Below the pieces are notes generated by a model. That model made no database searches, had not been told where the DNA came from, and saw nothing but the letters and a program-made list of their open reading frames with translations. A program made the position numbers and the translations under genes. Below are positions 1 through 6,775 of a DNA stretch of 27,773 nucleotides, in pieces. The stretch's first letter is position 1; every line of letters starts with the position of its first letter. The stretch is from a virus (taxonomy: Duplodnaviria; Caudoviricetes), in IMG/VR virus record IMGVR_UViG_3300033755_000019, positions 1 through 27,773 of that record; one strand, given 5' to 3'.

Positions 1-3
1 TCG

Positions 4-336
4 CTATTTCTCCTTAAAAATATCCCTGATTACAGCTAATGTAACCTGGCCATCTTTGTTGTATGGTTCATAAGCGAATTGAAAGGCGTATTGAGTATCA
101 TATACGGCAAAGCTACGGCGCATATCAGTTTTGTTTTCTTTTGTTTCACGGGAGCGCACATAGTACTGGTTGTCATCAACTAAGTGGCCATCTTTCCACA
201 TTTGCTTTTTAATTACGTCATATCCTTGTTTTATAAGTTCTGTTTTGAGCTTATGAAAAAATAAGGATTCACTGTAAATTTTAGAGTCATTATCCCTAAA
301 TACAATACAGGAATAGCTTTTTAGTTCAACGCGCAT
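4..336 (-). CDS. hypothetical phage protein (110 aa, AT-rich gene)
   Basis: ATG at 336 (MRVELKSY...) preceded by GGAG; ORF-track extension to 396 runs through an intergenic hairpin. Confidence 0.75.
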   Translation of the reverse strand: MRVELKSYSCIVFRDNDSKIYSESLFFHKLKTELIKQGYDVIKKQMWKDGHLVDDNQYYVRSRETKENKTDMRRSFAVYDTQYAFQFAYEPYNKDGQVTLAVIRDIFKEK

Positions 337-346
337 TGTAGTTGCT

Positions 347-418
347 CCGGTTTGTGTTTCTCGTCCTGTTTCTTGCCAGGTTGCAGAACCTAGCAAGCGT
401 AGCAGGGTAAGAAACCGG
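347..418 (-). other. long irregular intergenic stem-loop
   Basis: 372-382 pairs with 387-397 (11 bp with one G-U on the minus strand); 365-368/403-406; 356-361/410-415; 347-350/415-418. Confidence 0.6.
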
Positions 419-880
419 CTAGCGGATCACGCGCACAGATTGAAAAGGCGCTCCAATGATGCCAGGGCCACCAGTTGACCGCGTGTTGTGGATTTCAAGG
501 TGAATTGGCATCCAGCCCGTGGATTTGCCTACCCAGAAGCGGCGCTTTTCGCCGTACTTGTCCACGACTTCAACGCGCCGATGCTCAAGGCCGCGAAGTT
601 GCGGGGTGTCCATGGCTCGGCATTTATCCCCGGTTTGCTTGGCATATTGTGCCCCCTCACGCATAAGGCGTTGATGCTCACGGTAATGGGCGAGCGTGCC
701 GGGACTTGGATGGCCTACGCCTTGTGGTCCTTTGTCGCGCTTGAGGCCGGCCCAGATGGCCACAACGCTTGATAGATATTCCGCATGGTCAAACCCTAGT
801 GTCGTATACCCTTTCCCGGCGGGGATAACGTAAAGCCTTTGGTCCTTATTGAAGCCAACTCTCATTACAGTTGCTTTCAT
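419..880 (-). CDS. hypothetical phage early protein (153 aa)
   Basis: ORF with AAGAGG RBS; basic protein; no recognisable domain. Confidence 0.8.
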   Translation of the reverse strand: MKATVMRVGFNKDQRLYVIPAGKGYTTLGFDHAEYLSSVVAIWAGLKRDKGPQGVGHPSPGTLAHYREHQRLMREGAQYAKQTGDKCRAMDTPQLRGLEHRRVEVVDKYGEKRRFWVGKSTGWMPIHLEIHNTRSTGGPGIIGAPFQSVRVIR

Positions 881-895
881 TGCAATAACCTCTTA

Positions 896-920
896 TTGTT
901 AAGTTAAACTAGACTTAAAC
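896..920. promoter_or_regulatory. repeated operator-like element, copy 1 (core GTTAAACTAGAC at 903-914)
   Basis: 21/25 identical to 2062-2086; inverted repeat TTAAGT-N8-ACTTAA; immediately upstream of an RBS. Confidence 0.65.
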
Positions 921-1577
921 GTAACGCGAAAACACGGCCACGTTGCCATTGTCTAAGCGTTCGCTTGTGTAATCGTTTATGAACAGGTCATGCTTGAACG
1001 CCTCATAGTCAAAATAGCCCCGCAGGTTTTCCGGCATTTGTTCCAGGTAACCCAAATCGTCTACAAGCTGGTAAGTAAAATCCAGTTCGCTGTCGTGTTC
1101 ACCTTGGAAAGCTTCTTCAAAGTTTTCTATTGCATAGTCAAGGCCAACGTCAGAGGCGTATAAAAGGAAGGCTTCCGCATTTTCGTCAATCACTTCGGTG
1201 AGCCTGACCAGTTCATCAACGCTTGTATATTCGTTTATCTTGTAACCGCCAAAGCCGTCATAGTCATGGATGGCCCATTCTTCAGCGCTTGGATACTGCG
1301 CCGAGCACATGATGTTCCCGTTTGATTCACATTCTGGACATATCGTTTCTCTGTTTATTTCTCTGGCGTCTCTCGTCCAGGTATGCCCGCATTCTCTGCA
1401 TTCGCAGTCCTGACGGTAGACATTGGGGAATTTTGACTTTGCCAAAATGGCGTTTATTTCTTGGTTTATTTCATCAGCATCTTTGCCGGTTAAGTCTATC
1501 CAAGCGCCATGCAGGCAACCGTTATTGTAGTCACTCAAGCTCGCTACATAGACGCGGGGTTCAAATGTGTTGCTCAT
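915..1577 (-). CDS. ardA: antirestriction protein ArdA family, with Zn-ribbon insertion
   Basis: N-terminal RVYVASLSDYNNGCLHGAWIDL, EEWAIHDYDGF and C-terminal YFDYEAFKHDL motifs; acidic; AAGGAG RBS. Confidence 0.9.
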   Translation of the reverse strand: MSNTFEPRVYVASLSDYNNGCLHGAWIDLTGKDADEINQEINAILAKSKFPNVYRQDCECRECGHTWTRDAREINRETICPECESNGNIMCSAQYPSAEEWAIHDYDGFGGYKINEYTSVDELVRLTEVIDENAEAFLLYASDVGLDYAIENFEEAFQGEHDSELDFTYQLVDDLGYLEQMPENLRGYFDYEAFKHDLFINDYTSERLDNGNVAVFSRYV

Positions 1578-1601
1578 TTTGTAAGCTCCTTTATCTGTTT
1601 G

Positions 1602-2048
1602 CTAAACGAGAGAAAGCAAAAGGTTTTCATTTATGTCATACAATTCGAGGTTGCCATGATCGGATACTACCGCTAGATAGTCTGCTTCCATTGACGTGGC
1701 CCGTTGCTTTGCTTCGGCTAAGTCTGAACCCGTAGCGACTTCATTACAGTATTGCGCTTCTTCAAAAGAGGCCCGGTCAAACCAAAAGCCAAAGTCTGCG
1801 CCGTCACCATCAATTGCGCCGAAGTAGCAGAAGGAAGGGGCGAAGGCGTCTAGGCTATCAAAAAGCGCGTCAAGAACTTCCCCGGCTTCCTCGGTGTCGA
1901 AGGCTTCCAGGCCTTCAGCGTCTTGGATCAGGGCTTTATGGTTGCCTTCCACGTCTAAGCGCTTCAGTTCGCCCGTAAAGGCCGGGATTAAATCTTCCGG
2001 CCTGTGCGAGCCGCTTATGATTGTCCCAAGACTGACCGTGAATTTCAT
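1602..2048 (-). CDS. acidic hypothetical phage protein (148 aa)
   Basis: ATG at 2048 with AAGGAG RBS; about 30 D/E vs 8 K/R by hand count; motif YFGAIDGDGADFGFW. Confidence 0.8.
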   Translation of the reverse strand: MKFTVSLGTIISGSHRPEDLIPAFTGELKRLDVEGNHKALIQDAEGLEAFDTEEAGEVLDALFDSLDAFAPSFCYFGAIDGDGADFGFWFDRASFEEAQYCNEVATGSDLAEAKQRATSMEADYLAVVSDHGNLELYDINENLLLSLV

Positions 2049-2061
2049 GGTGACCGCTCCT

Positions 2062-2086
2062 TTGTTATGTTTAACCAGACATAAAC
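2062..2086. promoter_or_regulatory. repeated operator-like element, copy 2 (core GTTTAACCAGAC at 2069-2080)
   Basis: Inverted repeat TTATGT-N8-ACATAA adjacent to the RBS of the 1602..2048 gene; near-identical to 896-920. Confidence 0.65.
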
Positions 2087-2095
2087 TTTTTAAGT

Positions 2096-2181
2096 CCGGG
2101 CGGGTCTTGCCCTGGTACTGCTCCGGGCCGTTTAGGACTGGCCGCCAGGCCATCCCGTGTTTCCCAGGTTTTCCCGCCCGG
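2096..2181 (-). other. GC-rich stem-loop in the leader of the leftward operon
   Basis: CCGGGCGGG 2096-2104 / CCCGCCCGG 2173-2181; CCTGG 2111-2115 / CCAGG 2164-2168; TGGCC 2139-2143 / GGCCA 2148-2152. Confidence 0.6.
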
Positions 2182-2188
2182 TGACCAT

Positions 2189-2217
2189 GGTTTATTTTAT
2201 GGCTAATCGCATGTCAA
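2189..2217 (-). promoter_or_regulatory. putative sigma70 promoter for the leftward early operon
   Basis: TTGACA (2217-2212), 17-nt spacer, TAAACC (2194-2189); perfect -35 but weak -10; A-rich upstream sequence. Confidence 0.45.
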
Positions 2218-2423
2218 GCTTTTTTCTAGTCTAACCATACAAAAACCACAAAATACCCTCAAGCCTGTGGGATGACAGACTAAGCATTGACAGGCCCGTG
2301 AAGGAGTGTGGCCAATTGCTCTACTCTAAAGGTATGCAACGGCCATAAAACCGCAAAGATGAATACCCTACATTTTTTGTAGTATCGCAAGGGCCAGAGA
2401 GTCCCCGGACTGTACTTTGACCC

Positions 2424-2510
2424 GGTGGGGGTAAAAAGTCTAGTCGCTCGACTGCATTAGACCGTGTGCCCCCACAAATTTTCGCTCGACCAAATTGGAG
2501 ACATTTTACC
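2424..2510 (+). other. putative cos region (3'-overhang type), nick core around GTGCCCCCA 2466-2474
   Basis: Pattern GGGGG-TAAAAAGTCT...AGACCG-TGTGCCCCCA-CAAATTTTCGC...AAATT resembles cos regions of HK97/D3-like phages as I recall them; P27-type TerS, Terminase_1 TerL and HNH imply cos packaging. Confidence 0.65.
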
Positions 2511-2854
2511 AAGGTCGAGCTAATCCTGTGAGGTTTTTATGCAATCAGCATAAAACTTGGTCATAGGTAGGCGGGAAAATCCATACGCTGTGACTGGACA
2601 CCTGTAAAGCCCAAAAGAGGGCTCTCCTGGAGCCGTTGCTCTTGAGCATTACCAGAAACTCAAGACCACTGGCCCTTTATCGAAAAAATGCAGTGGCGGG
2701 GGTTTCTTTACGATTTTTATTACAATTTTCCGCCAAAATTCCCCATAAAAAGCCTATTTTTACTATTTCAAACTGCAAAATCGGTAAATTACGAAGGAGG
2801 TTTACATAAAATATCCTGCTGTGGTAGTCGCGGTTTGACTATCTGAGGAGAATA

Positions 2855-3475
2855 ATGATGTCAAACGCCATTAACTGGAACGCTGTACTTCAAAAACTCG
2901 CTCCAAAAGCGCTTCCAGTTGCCTCTGCGGCTTTCCCTTCCCTTCCCCAGTTATTCGAGGATTTCAAGCTTAACACCGTACTGGAGCAGGTTTACTACGT
3001 AGCGCTGACCTTAGAAGAGACGGGTGGCTTCGAGACCCTTGACGAGAACCTACACTACACCTCTGCGGAGCTACTGAAGCTCTTCCCGAAGTACTTCACC
3101 CCAACTCAAGCCAAGACCTACGCCGGGAACCAAGAGGCCATCGCAAACCGCATTTACGCCAACCGGATGGGCAATACGTCGCCTGGGGACGGCTGGGCCT
3201 TCCATGGGCGTGGACCTTTCCAGCTCACCGGCCGAGCCGAATACGCCGCGGTGGGTAAGCTCGCGCAGTTGCCCCTCGCCGTTCAGCCCGAGTTGGTGAA
3301 CGCGACCCGGTATATGTTCGTGATCGGGGCTCACTATTGGGTCATGCGCGGACTATCTCCTTCCGCTTTGGCCGACAACATTGAGGAGTTCACGCGCCTG
3401 GTGAATGGCGGTGAGATTGGGTTGCAGTCCAGAATTGCCTGGTTAAACAAGACAAAGGAGGCGGTGGGTGCGTAG
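2855..3475 (+). CDS. endolysin, glycoside hydrolase family 19 (chitinase-like)
   Basis: ETGGF, ENLHYT, IANRIYANRMGN, GDGWAFHGRGPFQLTGR, TRLVNGG motifs; GAGGAG RBS (start 2855 or 2858). Confidence 0.93.
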   Translation: MMSNAINWNAVLQKLAPKALPVASAAFPSLPQLFEDFKLNTVLEQVYYVALTLEETGGFETLDENLHYTSAELLKLFPKYFTPTQAKTYAGNQEAIANRIYANRMGNTSPGDGWAFHGRGPFQLTGRAEYAAVGKLAQLPLAVQPELVNATRYMFVIGAHYWVMRGLSPSALADNIEEFTRLVNGGEIGLQSRIAWLNKTKEAVGA

Positions 3476-3480
3476 CTGGC

Positions 3481-3573
3481 TCCAGCACCATCTGAGCCCT
3501 CTGCATTTTTACTGTCGGCTGAGGAAGTGCGGGGTGCCGAAGCCACATGCGAAATGGCTTGCCGGTGCCTGGG
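3481..3573 (+). ncRNA. candidate cis-acting three-way-junction RNA between endolysin and holin
   Basis: P1 3481-3489/3564-3573, P2 3499-3510/3523-3534 (several G-U pairs), P3 3540-3545/3555-3560. Confidence 0.4.
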
Positions 3574-3610
3574 AAGGAATCATCAATCCGTGGATTTATA
3601 GGAGTGTGCC

Positions 3611-3979
3611 ATGAATTTCATGTCCTCCAAGACCTTTTTGGGTCTGATAACCGTGTTCGTGTCCTCAGCCCTGGGGCTGCTTCGGGCCCTGGGCGTTCCC
3701 GTCCCCGTGACCGTGGACCCCGCCATAAACCAACTGCTGGTCAACGGCGTGGGCCTGTACCTGCTCATCAGTGGCCACCAGGAGGCCCTGTACACCACGC
3801 CGCCCCAGCCCAGTTCTTACAAATCGTTGCCAGCGGGTGGAGCGTCGTCTGGTTTCCCTCTCGTGGCTGAAGCCGCCCCCGAAGTCTTGCCCGAGCGTGG
3901 CACCGATCCTGCGACGATCTTAGCCAACCCCGTCAACCCGGCCGGGGCCACTCCGGCTCAAACCACTCAAGGAGCTTAG
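3611..3979 (+). CDS. putative holin
   Basis: SKT motif followed by two hydrophobic segments and a Pro/Ala-rich tail; follows endolysin; AGGAG RBS. Confidence 0.65.
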   Translation: MNFMSSKTFLGLITVFVSSALGLLRALGVPVPVTVDPAINQLLVNGVGLYLLISGHQEALYTTPPQPSSYKSLPAGGASSGFPLVAEAAPEVLPERGTDPATILANPVNPAGATPAQTTQGA

Positions 3980-3981
3980 TC

Positions 3982-4281
3982 GTGAAAAAGATCATCCTGC
4001 TTTTTGCCCTGTGCGTTTCCGTGATCCTGGCTGGTGTCGCTTGCACCCAGACCGAGCAGAGCATCTTGACCGGAGCCACCACCCTGGCCACCGCCGTGGC
4101 GGCCCTCCCGCTGCCTGCCGACGTGGCCAACACCCCCGCGGGTCAGCAGATATCCTATTGGAGCCAGTACGCGGCTGGCCTGTTGGCCGCTGTTAACAAG
4201 GTGACTCCCACCATCCCAGCCACCACTTCGACTGTGGCCACCACCGTAAACCCTCCGGTGGCCCCGGCGCAGGGCCAGTAA
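3982..4281 (+). CDS. lipoprotein in lysis cassette (possible spanin-like)
   Basis: GTG start with AAGGAG; signal MKKIILLFALCVSVILAGVA-C; Thr/Ala/Pro-rich mature part. Confidence 0.7.
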   Translation: MKKIILLFALCVSVILAGVACTQTEQSILTGATTLATAVAALPLPADVANTPAGQQISYWSQYAAGLLAAVNKVTPTIPATTSTVATTVNPPVAPAQGQ

Positions 4282-4337
4282 ACCTGCATACGCCGGTCGG
4301 AAGTCTCTACGTCTACGAATCGGAGAGGGTCGGAGTC

Positions 4338-4454
4338 ATGATCGTGTCCATCCCCAGCGCGGCCCAGGGGCCAAAGGAAGCCAAGTGGCGTTTGGGAAAG
4401 TTCACGGTGCAGGCTCCGGCCTTCTTCATGATCGAAATGGGAGTGCTGTTCTGA
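4338..4454 (+). CDS. small 38-aa protein MIVSIPSAAQGPKEAKWRLGKFTVQAPAFFMIEMGVLF
   Basis: GGAG just upstream of ATG 4338; TGATG overlap with next gene; below the ORF-track cutoff. Confidence 0.5.
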   Translation: MIVSIPSAAQGPKEAKWRLGKFTVQAPAFFMIEMGVLF

Positions 4455-5017
4455 TGGAAGTCATCAAAACCCCCTACCTGCAAGGCGGCAGAGAACTCTG
4501 CGTGACCGGCTGCGCCGTTCTGTTCCGAGGCAACGATCTTTTGGATGAAGCCATCGAGCATTGGGGCGGCCTCTCCCATTGTGCCTGCGTGGTGCGCCAG
4601 GACGAGTGCATGGATGATGGCCGCGTGCCGCTTATCGAGGCCTTGGGCGGCGGCCTGACACCCACTTTCCTGGAGGACGATGCCCAGGGATACGACGGTC
4701 ACGTTTATCTCTTCACGCCGGCCGGGTTGACCCCGGCGATCCAGCATAAATTCCGCTCGTGGCTTCTCATCAAGACTCATGAGCGGACACCCTACGGCTA
4801 TGGTGGCCTTTTCGGCAACATGGTCGGTCACGTCCAGGAAAATGCCAAGGAGCCTTTCTGCTCCGAGGCCTGGGGCTTGGCCATCGAGCAAGCTCCGATC
4901 CCGCGACTTCCCCAGTACCAGAACAACCTGGCCCCCCGGCCAGGGGATGTCCCCGTGTGGTGGCCCAGCAAGGGCCCCATGGTCGAGCTGATTGGCCCCT
5001 TCAAAGAGGGCGCGTGA
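4454..5017 (+). CDS. permuted papain-like NlpC/P60 enzyme (YaeF/YiiX, peptidase C92-like)
   Basis: His before Cys: SHCACV ... LIEA ... PYGY ... FCSE ... PGDV; ATG at 4454 with GGGAG. Confidence 0.8.
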   Translation: MEVIKTPYLQGGRELCVTGCAVLFRGNDLLDEAIEHWGGLSHCACVVRQDECMDDGRVPLIEALGGGLTPTFLEDDAQGYDGHVYLFTPAGLTPAIQHKFRSWLLIKTHERTPYGYGGLFGNMVGHVQENAKEPFCSEAWGLAIEQAPIPRLPQYQNNLAPRPGDVPVWWPSKGPMVELIGPFKEGA

Positions 5018-5265
5018 TGGACAGCAAGGAACTGGATGACCTTTGGAAGGCGGTAAATGCCCTCCGTGGCGAAGTTTCCGGCCTGTCATCGAAGATCGAG
5101 GCCGTTCTAACCCTCCTCGGGGAGCGTTGTGAGGCCCGGGTTAAGGTGATCGACGATCACGAGCAGCGCATCCGGGCCGTGGAGAAGAAAATCTGGTGGA
5201 TACCCGGGGGCACCGCTGTGGTTGCCCTCGCCATTTACGTTTTCGGGCTGCTCCGGGGCCACTAA
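5017..5265 (+). CDS. coiled-coil membrane protein, XhlA/holin-like (82 aa)
   Basis: Heptad-like N-terminal part, DHEQRIRAVEK motif, single C-terminal hydrophobic helix; TGATG overlap. Confidence 0.7.
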   Translation: MDSKELDDLWKAVNALRGEVSGLSSKIEAVLTLLGERCEARVKVIDDHEQRIRAVEKKIWWIPGGTAVVALAIYVFGLLRGH

Positions 5266-5266
5266 T

Positions 5267-5695
5267 ATGCCTCCTCGTCCCCTCCGTCCCTGCAAAGGCC
5301 CTGGCTGCCGGGCTACCACACGCGACAGTTCCGGGTACTGCGATGCGTGCCGGCCGGCAGCCGAGGCCAAGCGGGCCGCGCTGGAAGCGGCAGTGGATCA
5401 AAGGCGCGGCAGCTCCACCAAAAGGGGGTATAACTATAAATGGCAGATAGCCCGCATACAATTCATGAGGGAGACGGTCCTACGACAGATGCTTCGTGAG
5501 TATCCCTGCTGCGAAGAGTGCCTAAAAGAGAATAAAATCGTTGAAGCGACGATAGTGGATCATGGTGAACCGCATAAGGGTGATCCAGTGAAATTTTGGG
5601 ACAGAAGTAAATGGAGATGCGTTTGCAAAAAATGCCACGATAAAAAGACAGCCCAAGAAGACGGGGGCTTTGGAAATGAGAGGAAAAGCGCATGA
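5267..5695 (+). CDS. phage packaging-associated HNH endonuclease (HK97 gp74-like)
   Basis: MPPRPLRPCKGPGC, RGSSTKRGY, CEEC, VDH..PHKGD..KFWD, CKKCHDKKT motifs. Confidence 0.92.
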   Translation: MPPRPLRPCKGPGCRATTRDSSGYCDACRPAAEAKRAALEAAVDQRRGSSTKRGYNYKWQIARIQFMRETVLRQMLREYPCCEECLKENKIVEATIVDHGEPHKGDPVKFWDRSKWRCVCKKCHDKKTAQEDGGFGNERKSA

Positions 5696-5913
5696 GCGAG
5701 AAGTGGTTGAAGGTCACAAGCGACGGCGTCGCCCGGAATACAAAGGTTGTTGACCCCTCCACTGGGAAGGCTTTGCCCGGTGTCACCAAGGTCGAGATTG
5801 TCATCGACGGGGCCAAAAAAGACCAGGCCGCGGTCAAGGTCCGCATAGAAGCCTATGCCCAACTGGACATCCAGGGCGTGGGGGAGGTGGTGCTTACAAA
5901 TGGCCGGCCGTAA
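5692..5913 (+). CDS. hypothetical protein (73 aa)
   Basis: ATGA overlap with HNH, GAGG RBS, phage-like codon usage. Confidence 0.75.
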   Translation: MSEKWLKVTSDGVARNTKVVDPSTGKALPGVTKVEIVIDGAKKDQAAVKVRIEAYAQLDIQGVGEVVLTNGRP

Positions 5914-6376
5914 ACGCACCCCCACCAGCATCAAAGAGGCCAAAGGCACCCAGCGCAAGAGCCGGCGCAATCCGGCCGAGCCCCAGGTCATTCCCGAGGA
6001 ACCGATTCTCGATTGGCAGACCGACGACCCCGAGGTGGTAGCCTGGTACGAGCGCTTCAAGGGCTATCTGCGCGGGGAGAACCGGCTCTCCAAGTCCCAT
6101 GAGACCATCCTGTGGTTGGCCGCTCGCCGAGCCTGGGAAATCCAGCTCCTCGATCTGGAGATATTCGACAATGGCCGTACCTACGTGGCTGAAAACCGGC
6201 ATGGCGAGGTGCTGAAGTCCAACCCGGCTGTAGGCCAGAAGAATGAGGCCGAGCGCCACCTTCACTCCTTACTCTCCGAGCTGGGACTTACGCCGGCCAG
6301 CAAAAGTAAGGTGTCCTCAGACATTTCCAAGAGGTCTTCCAACGAATGGGCCGGCTTCGGTGGAGCGGGGGCGTAG
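5900..6376 (+). CDS. terS: terminase small subunit, P27 family
   Basis: MAGRKRTPTSIKEAKG start, KSNPA and ELGLTPASKSKV motifs; GGAGG RBS. Confidence 0.92.
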   Translation: MAGRKRTPTSIKEAKGTQRKSRRNPAEPQVIPEEPILDWQTDDPEVVAWYERFKGYLRGENRLSKSHETILWLAARRAWEIQLLDLEIFDNGRTYVAENRHGEVLKSNPAVGQKNEAERHLHSLLSELGLTPASKSKVSSDISKRSSNEWAGFGGAGA

Positions 6377-6377
6377 T

Positions 6378-6542
6378 ATGGCCACGCTCGTCCTAAAGGT
6401 AAAATTTGCTTGGTGGTTCAAGTATTACCTGAACTCCGTGGTTATGTTTTGCCTCCTCTCAGGCTGTGAACCGGACATGGCCCGGGTGTGCTACTGGGCC
6501 AACAGGGCCCTTCGTTTTCGCATCAAGAAGGAGGGCGAATGA
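6378..6542 (+). CDS. small hydrophobic phage protein (54 aa)
   Basis: ATG 2 nt after TerS stop; MATLVLKVKFAWWFKYYL...; ATGA overlap with next gene. Confidence 0.65.
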   Translation: MATLVLKVKFAWWFKYYLNSVVMFCLLSGCEPDMARVCYWANRALRFRIKKEGE

Positions 6543-6745
6543 GCGACGGAGCCATTTACAGCCCCATGCATAGCGCGGCCAAGTGCCCCCAGTGCGGCGA
6601 GTGGGCGAAGAGGACCCACGCATTGCCATGGGATGAAGATCGAGGAATGCGGCTTCGATACCATAAATGCCCGGTTTGTAGCTATACGTTCAAGTCCATT
6701 CAGGAGGATGCCACCTTCCCCGTGGGGAAACAATCAGGTGTTTAG
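6539..6745 (+). CDS. Zn-finger protein, Ogr/Delta-like (68 aa)
   Basis: CPQCG...RYHKCPVCSYTFKSIQE resembles the P2 Ogr pattern CPxC...RYHQC...CSATF; AGGAGG RBS. Confidence 0.65.
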   Translation: MSDGAIYSPMHSAAKCPQCGEWAKRTHALPWDEDRGMRLRYHKCPVCSYTFKSIQEDATFPVGKQSGV

Positions 6746-6775
6746 TGTCCTGTTTTACCAGTATTTTCTCGTGAC

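Noticed and set aside
2287-2316. Plus-strand TTGACA as a late promoter
   Set aside because: No acceptable -10 box at 16-18 nt spacing
2321-2512. 63-aa minus-strand ORF
   Set aside because: Overlies the cos-like region, has no clear RBS and no protein-like features
3486-3567. Hammerhead ribozyme (CTGAG and GAAG near a three-way junction)
   Set aside because: Core reads CUGAGCC and GAAG instead of CUGANGA and GAAA; kept only as a generic structured RNA
6752-6763. Weaker matches to the 12-bp motif (also 319-330, ~1597-1607, ~2833-2844, ~15810-15821)
   Set aside because: Mostly three or more mismatches, altered spacing or intragenic position; not distinguishable from chance without a PWM scan
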